Source: Candidatus Methylomirabilia bacterium (lineage in GTDB: Bacteria; Methylomirabilota; Methylomirabilia; Rokubacteriales; CSP1-6). Taken from it: a stretch of 16,508 nucleotides of DNA. The position numbers and the translations under genes were made by a program. Positions within the stretch are counted from its first letter, which is position 1. Each line of letters starts with the position of its first letter. Below the pieces are notes generated by a model. The model was not told the DNA's origin. It did not search any database and saw nothing but the letters and a program-made list of their open reading frames with translations. Where the stretch lies: assembly GCA_041492755.1 (NCBI GenBank), contig JBGPXN010000094.1:1-16508 (forward strand). The letters are read 5' to 3'. Positions 10,702 to 16,508 of this stretch are shown here, piece after piece.

Positions 10702-12554
10702 TGACGCCGCTCGGCCAGAAGCGCCTCGAGCCGTTGCTCCCGGCCACCGCGGAGGATCACGACCTCGACCCGGTCACCCGGCCGCTTGCCGCGCAGGGCG
10801 AACGTGAAGTCCTGCAGCGTCTTCACGTCGATGCCCGCGAAGCGCACGAGGACGTCGCCGGACTGCACGCCGGCCTTGTCCGCCGGGCTGCCGGGCCGCA
10901 CGCCCCCGACGCGCACACCCGGACGCTCGGCGTCGCCGAATTCCGGCACCACGCCGAAGTACGGTCCATAGCCGCCGCGGGTCGACGCGGCCGGCGCCTC
11001 GAACTTCACGTACGCCGGTGCCTGCGGATCCTGGGCCACCTCGCTGACGACCCGGGCCGCGAAATCGGCCACGGTCACGAGCCCGGGGCCGTTGATCTTG
11101 TCCCAGGTGTCGCTGGGGCGGTGGTAGTCAGCATGGGCTCCCGTGAACAGGAAGAGCACCGGCCGCCCCGCGGTGTAGAAGGACGTGTGGTCGGACGGCG
11201 CGAACGGCTCGCCGCGCAGCTCGGGCGCCAGCGGCAGTCCACGCGCGGCTCGGGCGGCGACGGCGCGCAGCGTGCTGCCGCTGTCCACGCCACCGACGTA
11301 GAGCTTGCCGTCGCGCAGGCGGCCGACCATGTCGAGATTCAGCATCAGCACGGTCTTGTCCAGCGGGAACGCCGGATGGCGGACGTAGTGCGCCGAGCCG
11401 AGCAGCCCCAGCTCTTCACCCGAGAAGGCGATGAAGACCAGCGTGCGGGGGGCGCCGCCCGCCGCGGCGAACGCGCGCGCGAGACCGAGAACCGCCGCCG
11501 TTCCGGATCCATTGTCGTCGGCGCCATGATGGATCGCGCCGACCTGCTCGGGCGCGAGCGAGCCTTCACCGCCGTGTCCGAGGTGATCGTAGTGCGCGCC
11601 GATCACGATCGCTTCGTCCTTGAGGCGCGGATCGGTGCCGGGCAGGATGCCGATGACGTTGGTCGTGGTCCCGCGCTGCCGCACGAGATTCACTTCGACC
11701 TGGGCGCGCACGCCGCTGAGCGCCCGCGGTTGCGGCTGGCGGGCCCGCTCGACCGCCGCGGCCAGATCCCGAAGCGTCGTGGTCGCGGGGCCCAGCGCGA
11801 GATCGGCAACCCGGCGGGTCACGAACGTGGCCACGATCCCGAGCGGCTGACTGATGCCGCTGAGCGTCGGCAGCGTCTCGCTCGATTCCGACGGATGCGT
11901 CACGAGCAGGATGCCGGCGGCGCCGTGCTGGCGGGCGTTGATCACCTTGTGCGCGCGCTCCCGAAAGTGATAGGCCTCCGGACGGCGGAACGGACTGGTG
12001 GCGTCCGTACCGCCCGGATCGCTCGTCATCGCCAGCACGAGCTTGCCGCGCACGTCGATCCCCGCGTAGTCGTCCCAGCCGAGCGCCGTCGCCGTGATCC
12101 CGTAGCCGACGAAAACGACGTCGCCACTGGCCACACCGTCCGCCGAGATCGCCAGCGGCGTGAAGTCGCGGCCGAGCGCCAGCGGGGCGGCGCCCGCCCC
12201 GGGCACGTCGAGGGTGTTGCGCGGCCCGAGGGCCAGGCCCGTCGGCACGGTGAACGGTTGCAGGAACGTCCCGCCGTCGCCGCCGGGACGCAGCCCGGCC
12301 TGGGCGAGGACGCGGACGATGTGATCGGCGGCGCGGGTCGCGCCCGGGGTGCCGGACGCGCGGCCGTCCATCTCGGGCGCGGCGAGGACGCGGATCTGCT
12401 CCACGAGCCACTCCGCGCTCGGTGGCGGGGGGGGCGCGGCGGCGGCGGTGGCGGCGAGAGCCGCCACGAGCAGGAGCGCGGCCATCGCTCGACGAAGCGA
12501 CGTCGGAGGCGACGAGCGCCGGGTCGATGGTGCGTGAGCTGATGATGACTTCAT
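10698..12554 (-). CDS. secreted M28-family metallopeptidase with PA and C-terminal PDZ domains
   Basis: Zn ligands GAHYDH, GADDNGSG, SGEELGLLGS, NLDMVG, DYH; PA insert VVFVGYGI..DDYAGIDVRGK; PDZ YFGV..GSPADKAGVQSGD. Start moved to ATG 12554 (alternative: downstream MAALLL). Confidence 0.92.
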   Translation of the reverse strand: MKSSSAHAPSTRRSSPPTSLRRAMAALLLVAALAATAAAAPPPPPSAEWLVEQIRVLAAPEMDGRASGTPGATRAADHIVRVLAQAGLRPGGDGGTFLQPFTVPTGLALGPRNTLDVPGAGAAPLALGRDFTPLAISADGVASGDVVFVGYGITATALGWDDYAGIDVRGKLVLAMTSDPGGTDATSPFRRPEAYHFRERAHKVINARQHGAAGILLVTHPSESSETLPTLSGISQPLGIVATFVTRRVADLALGPATTTLRDLAAAVERARQPQPRALSGVRAQVEVNLVRQRGTTTNVIGILPGTDPRLKDEAIVIGAHYDHLGHGGEGSLAPEQVGAIHHGADDNGSGTAAVLGLARAFAAAGGAPRTLVFIAFSGEELGLLGSAHYVRHPAFPLDKTVLMLNLDMVGRLRDGKLYVGGVDSGSTLRAVAARAARGLPLAPELRGEPFAPSDHTSFYTAGRPVLFLFTGAHADYHRPSDTWDKINGPGLVTVADFAARVVSEVAQDPQAPAYVKFEAPAASTRGGYGPYFGVVPEFGDAERPGVRVGGVRPGSPADKAGVQSGDVLVRFAGIDVKTLQDFTFALRGKRPGDRVEVVILRGGREQRLEALLAERRQ

Positions 12555-12560
12555 ACGGCC

Positions 12561-12570
12561 TGGTATTGTA
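12561..12570. promoter_or_regulatory. overlapping divergent -10 elements (putative bidirectional promoter)
   Basis: + strand TGgTATTGT (extended -10, hexamer 12564-12569); - strand TACAAT (12570-12565); lies in the 23-bp gap between divergent genes. Confidence 0.5.
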
Positions 12571-12577
12571 GCCTGCC

Positions 12578-14608
12578 GTGGCGATGGGCCATCCGCAGTC
12601 CACAGGGGAGAGCGCAGGATCACGGCGGGGCTTCGGGCCGGCCGCTCGCGGCCGCGCGCTCCTGCTCGCACTCGTTGCCGGTCTGGTCGCGGGCTGTGCG
12701 ACGGCGCCGGTGCACCCGGCGCTCCGGGCGGCGCCGCTTCCCGGCGTCATCCCGCTTCGCGCGTTCTTCGCGAACACCGAGACCCAGTTCAACTATCGAA
12801 TCTCGCCCGACGGGACGCGGCTCGGGTGGATCGCCGTCGATGGGCGGCGGCTCACGGTCTGGGTGCGAACGGTGGGACGGGACGATGCGCGTGCCCTCGA
12901 CACCCGCTCGCGCCGGAGCGTCTTCTCGTTCACCTGGGCCGCGGACAGCCGGCGCCTCGTCTTCGCCCAGGACCGGGACGGCGACGAGAACGACCATCTC
13001 TACCTGATCGACGCCGCCGCTCCCGGCGCACGCCCGGTGGACCTCACCCCGTTTCCGGGCGTCAAGGCGTACGTGCAGCGCGTCGTCCAGAGCGATCCGG
13101 AGCACATCCTGATCGCGCACAATGCCCGTGACCGCGCCGTCTTCGATCTCTTCCGCGTGGACCTCGCCACCCGCGAGCAGAGGGAGATCGCGCGCAACCC
13201 GGGCAACGTCACGGCGTGGAGCACCGACGTCGACGGCACGCTCCGGGGCCGCTTTCGGAAGACGGCACCCGACGAGACGCGGCTCGAGGTCGTCCGCGCC
13301 GGCCAGTGGTCGCCGGTGGCCACGCTCGGGCTGGAAGACTCCGTCCGCATCCACGGCTACACCCGTGACGGCGGCCTGTGGGTGACGTCCAATCGCGGGC
13401 GCGATCGCATCGCGCTCACGCGCCTGGACGTCGCCACCGCGCGGGAACGGATGGCGTGGGAACACCCGACCGTCGACGTCGAGCGTGTCGTGATGAGCGA
13501 GCTGCGCGGCGAGCCGCTACTGGCCGCGGCGTTCCCCGACTATCAGCACGTGCACGTGTTCGATCACACGCTGGCCGAGCAGCTGCGGGCGCTCATCAGC
13601 GCCGGCCCCGCGAGCGTGAACGTCCTCAGCATGGACCGGAGCGAGCGGCGGCTCACCGTGCAGCTCTCGAGCGACCGCGGAGTGGAATACCACCTGCTCG
13701 ATCGCAGCACCGGCGCGACCACGCTGCTCGGCCGCCATCCCATCCATCCCCACGCCGACGCCCTGGCCGCCGTGCGGCCGGTGGCCTTCCCGAGCCGCGA
13801 CGGCCTCACGCTGCGCGGCTATCTCACGCGCCCGGCCGCCGGCGGCGCCGGCCGCGTGCCCATGGTGCTGCTCGTGCACGGGGGCCCCTGGGCCCGCGAC
13901 TACTGGGGCTACCTCAACACGGTGCAGTTCCTCGCCAACCGCGGCTACGCCGTCCTCCAGGTGAACTACCGCGGGTCGACGGGCTACGGGCGCGCGTTTC
14001 GCGAAGCCGCCGTGCACCAGCACGCGGGGCGCATGCACGACGATCTCATCGACGGTGTACGCTGGGCGATCGCGGAGGGCATCGCCGATCCCGAGAAGAT
14101 CTGCATCAGCGGCGCGAGCTACGGCGGCTACGCGACCCTGGTCGGTCTCGCCTTCACGCCCGACGTGTTCGCCTGCGGCGTCGATCTCGTCGGCATGTCG
14201 AGCCTGGTCACGGTGCTGGAGCGCGCGCCGGCCTACTGGAAGCTCTCGCTGCCGTACTTCCACAAGTACTACGGCAATCCCGCGAACCCCGACGACCGCC
14301 GGCGGCTGGAGGCGCAGTCGCCGATCCACCGGGCGGCCGAGGTCATCCGCCCGCTGCTCGTGATTCACGGGGCGAACGACGTCCGGGTGGACCGCGAGGA
14401 GTCGGAGCGGATGGTCGAGGCGCTGCGGCGCGCCGGCAAGGACGTCGAATACCTCGAGTTCACGGACGAAGGGCACACCCGTGATTTCGGCAACTGGAGG
14501 AACTCCGTGCGGCTCTATCGGGCGATGGAGCGCTTCCTGGCCCGCCATCTCGGTGGCCGGACGTCGGGGTTCGACTACGTCGACCTCGCGGCGATGTTGA
14601 GCTTCTGA
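12578..14608 (+). CDS. S9 (prolyl oligopeptidase / acylaminoacyl-peptidase family) lipoprotein peptidase
   Basis: Lipobox LVAG-C, N-terminal beta-propeller, VHGGPW, VNYRGSTGYG, nucleophile GASYGG, GANDVRV (Asp), DEGH (His). Confidence 0.93.
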   Translation: MAMGHPQSTGESAGSRRGFGPAARGRALLLALVAGLVAGCATAPVHPALRAAPLPGVIPLRAFFANTETQFNYRISPDGTRLGWIAVDGRRLTVWVRTVGRDDARALDTRSRRSVFSFTWAADSRRLVFAQDRDGDENDHLYLIDAAAPGARPVDLTPFPGVKAYVQRVVQSDPEHILIAHNARDRAVFDLFRVDLATREQREIARNPGNVTAWSTDVDGTLRGRFRKTAPDETRLEVVRAGQWSPVATLGLEDSVRIHGYTRDGGLWVTSNRGRDRIALTRLDVATARERMAWEHPTVDVERVVMSELRGEPLLAAAFPDYQHVHVFDHTLAEQLRALISAGPASVNVLSMDRSERRLTVQLSSDRGVEYHLLDRSTGATTLLGRHPIHPHADALAAVRPVAFPSRDGLTLRGYLTRPAAGGAGRVPMVLLVHGGPWARDYWGYLNTVQFLANRGYAVLQVNYRGSTGYGRAFREAAVHQHAGRMHDDLIDGVRWAIAEGIADPEKICISGASYGGYATLVGLAFTPDVFACGVDLVGMSSLVTVLERAPAYWKLSLPYFHKYYGNPANPDDRRRLEAQSPIHRAAEVIRPLLVIHGANDVRVDREESERMVEALRRAGKDVEYLEFTDEGHTRDFGNWRNSVRLYRAMERFLARHLGGRTSGFDYVDLAAMLSF

Positions 14609-14654
14609 GGGGACCGTCAGCCGCTCGTGGACCGGTGAGTCCCTAGCCCGGACT

Positions 14655-14845
14655 ATTCATGAGCGACGAGCGGGAGGCCGGGCGGGTGGCGCAGGGCAGC
14701 GCCCCGTGGGGCTGGCGGAGTGGGCCCCCCTCGTCCCGTGCGCAGCCCTTCGGGCTGCGTTCGGGCGAGCGGGTGCGGAGCCGGCGCCACGGGGCGCTGC
14801 CCTGCGCCAGGTCCCGCCCGCCTCGCGCTCCGAGCGCTCATGAAT
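14655..14845. repeat. 190-bp nested inverted-repeat (long hairpin) element, MITE/REP-like
   Basis: Perfect 11-bp terminal IR ATTCATGAGCG(14655-14665)/CGCTCATGAAT(14835-14845); perfect 23-bp IR 14687-14709/14787-14809; apical CGCAGCCC-TTC-GGGCTGCG. Confidence 0.8.
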
Positions 14846-14846
14846 T

Positions 14847-16496
14847 TCACCGCCAGTCGTCGACCGACACGGTCTTCGCGTAGCTGGCGCCCATGATGCG
14901 CCAGTACGGATTGGTCTCGCCGCCGACCACCACGATGTGGATGTCCTCGCGGCGGTACATCTGGATCAGCTCGTCTTCCTTGGCCTTGAGCTTCGAGGCC
15001 CACGGCTCTTCGCCGAACGTGGCCAGCGGGTAGATGTAGTTCTGGACGAGCTGGTAGTCCCAGTACTCGCGGGCGGGCATCTGCGCGTTCTCGTAGAGCC
15101 AGTCGATCAGCGCGTCTTTCTTGGTGAAGCCGCCGCGGTCGATGAACTGCCGCGCCGTGATCGGATCGAGGAGCAGCACGGGCGGAATGTGCGGGTCCAT
15201 GCCGCGGAGCATGTTGCGCACGTGCTCGCGCCAGTGCTTCTCGCGCACGCCGAGCGTGTACGCGGTGGACCGGCAGCCGGTGAAGACGCTGACCGTCGAC
15301 GCGTCCGGCGCGAAGCCGTGCTGGACGTGGAAGGGCTCCCACGGACTCCGCTCCTCGTTCTCGGCGAACGTGATGCTGTTGTACGCGTAGTTGTTGCCCT
15401 GCGAGCCCATGTAGGTGAGGCCGGGCACGGAGCCGCCCTGACCGTTCTGCGAGAGCAGACCGTAGGCGCGTCCGATGGTGGCGTTGGCGTGGTTGTAGGG
15501 CGCCATCGCGCCGATGCCCGCGTTCATCCCGAGCTGCTGGCGGATCGGCCCGTTCACGACGACCATGGCCGCCATCGACGACGTGGTGCTCCCGCGCGCG
15601 CTCACGCCGGTTGCCGCGAGGGCGAGGATCAGGGGAAAATATTCCGGTCGCGCGCCCGCCATGACCGCGTTCACCGCCACCTTCTCGACCGTGTACTCCC
15701 ACTGCTCGCGGAAGTGGGTGGGCCGCATGCGGCCCACGACCTCGCCGGGCTTGCGATGCGTGGCCGCCAGCATCGCGGCCACGCGCGCTTCGGTCGGCAG
15801 CACGATGGGCAAACAATCCGTCCAGCCGCTCTCGAGGAACAGGCGATGCAGGTTCTCCTCGGTGTCCGGCGCGCACAGACGCGGGGTCGAGCGATCGAAC
15901 TCGACGCCCGCGAGCTCGGCGTCGGTGAACGGGCGCGTCAGGCCCTCGACGACCTCTTGCATGACGGGCCGTCCGGTGAGCGGGTCCAGGCCGTCGACGT
16001 AGGCCCGCAGCTCAACGGCCGTCTTGCCCATCACGGGCTGGGGCACGAAGACCTGGCGCAGGCCGCCCATGCCGTTCACGCTCGCCACCGAGCGGACGAC
16101 ACGGTCGAACTTGTCGGTGTGCATGGCGACGGTGGGGACCCCGTACTTGGCCTCGATCGTCATCGCGTGCGCGGCGACCGCCGGCGCACAGGTGCTTCAG
16201 TGGCCGACCCCGACGATGGCGGCGTGGCCTTTCGCCTTGATCTCCTCCCACGTCGGCGGATCGTCCCGCAGATAGCTGGCGGAGAGCGGCTTGAGGACCG
16301 TCCGCACGCTGGGCATGTGCTCGGCAAACCACGCCTGCTGCTGCTTGAGGAAGAGGTCGGAATCGTCGAAGCGGCAGTCGACGAGGTAGACCGTCTTGCC
16401 GGCCAGCGTATCGAGCCGCGGCGCCAGCGCCTTCGGCGAGACCTTCGGCGGAAAACCCATCGGGTTCAGCACGGTGATCCGGTCGCCACTCGCCAT
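14847..16496 (-). CDS. putative 549-aa selenoprotein: UGSC-like (seleno)redox domain fused to a large uncharacterised domain; Sec at codon 100 (TGA 16199-16197)
   Basis: ORFs 16197..16496 and 14847..16163 are in the same frame. Read-through gives IVGVGH-U-STCAPAVAAHAMTIEAKYGVPTVAMHT (UxxC). AGGAGG RBS before ATG 16496, no RBS before 16163, SECIS-like hairpin after the TGA. Confidence 0.85.
16167..16189 (-). promoter_or_regulatory. putative bacterial SECIS element
   Basis: mRNA after UGA: AGCACCU GUGCG C CGGC GGUC GCCG CGCAC. This is a 5-bp plus 4-bp stem with a one-base bulge and a GGUC apical loop at +18..+21. Confidence 0.7.
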
Positions 16497-16508
16497 CGGT
16501 GTCCTCCT

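Noticed and set aside
12555..12671. N-terminal extension of the M28 ORF
   Set aside because: It overlaps the divergent S9 gene; the -10 box and signal peptide position favour ATG 12554.
14653..14883. ORF 14659..14883 (+) and the end of 14653..15876 (-); also a CRISPR or terminator reading of the repeat
   Set aside because: The ORFs run through the palindromic element or are off-frame shadows. The repeats are inverted rather than direct with spacers, and there is no U-tract.
14847..16496. Pseudogene or two separate genes interpretation of the split ORF
   Set aside because: The TGA falls at the first position of a UxxC motif and is followed by a SECIS-like hairpin, and the downstream ATG lacks an RBS. 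Sec recoding explains this better.

Overview
High-GC bacterial chromosomal window, possibly Ca. Rokubacteria/Methylomirabilota-like (inference only). From 5' to 3' it contains: a small secreted Gly/Ser-rich protein (-); tRNA-Leu(TAG)-tig-clpP-clpX; an aldehyde dehydrogenase; rsmI; thiD; tatC; an RhlB-like DEAD-box helicase; a PD40/TolB-like protein and an M28 PA/PDZ peptidase (-), divergent from an S9 lipoprotein peptidase (+); and a 190-bp intergenic inverted-repeat element. The main finding is at the right end. The two minus-strand ORFs 16197..16496 and 14847..16163 are in the same frame and separated by one UGA in an H-U-S-T-C (UxxC) motif, followed by a SECIS-like hairpin. They most likely form one 549-aa selenoprotein in which a UGSC-like redox domain is fused to a large uncharacterised domain. 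Other notable items: rsmI appears to have a non-canonical start, two 27-28 aa ORFs each bridge a stop codon to the next start, and an overlapping bidirectional -10 element lies between the two peptidase genes.
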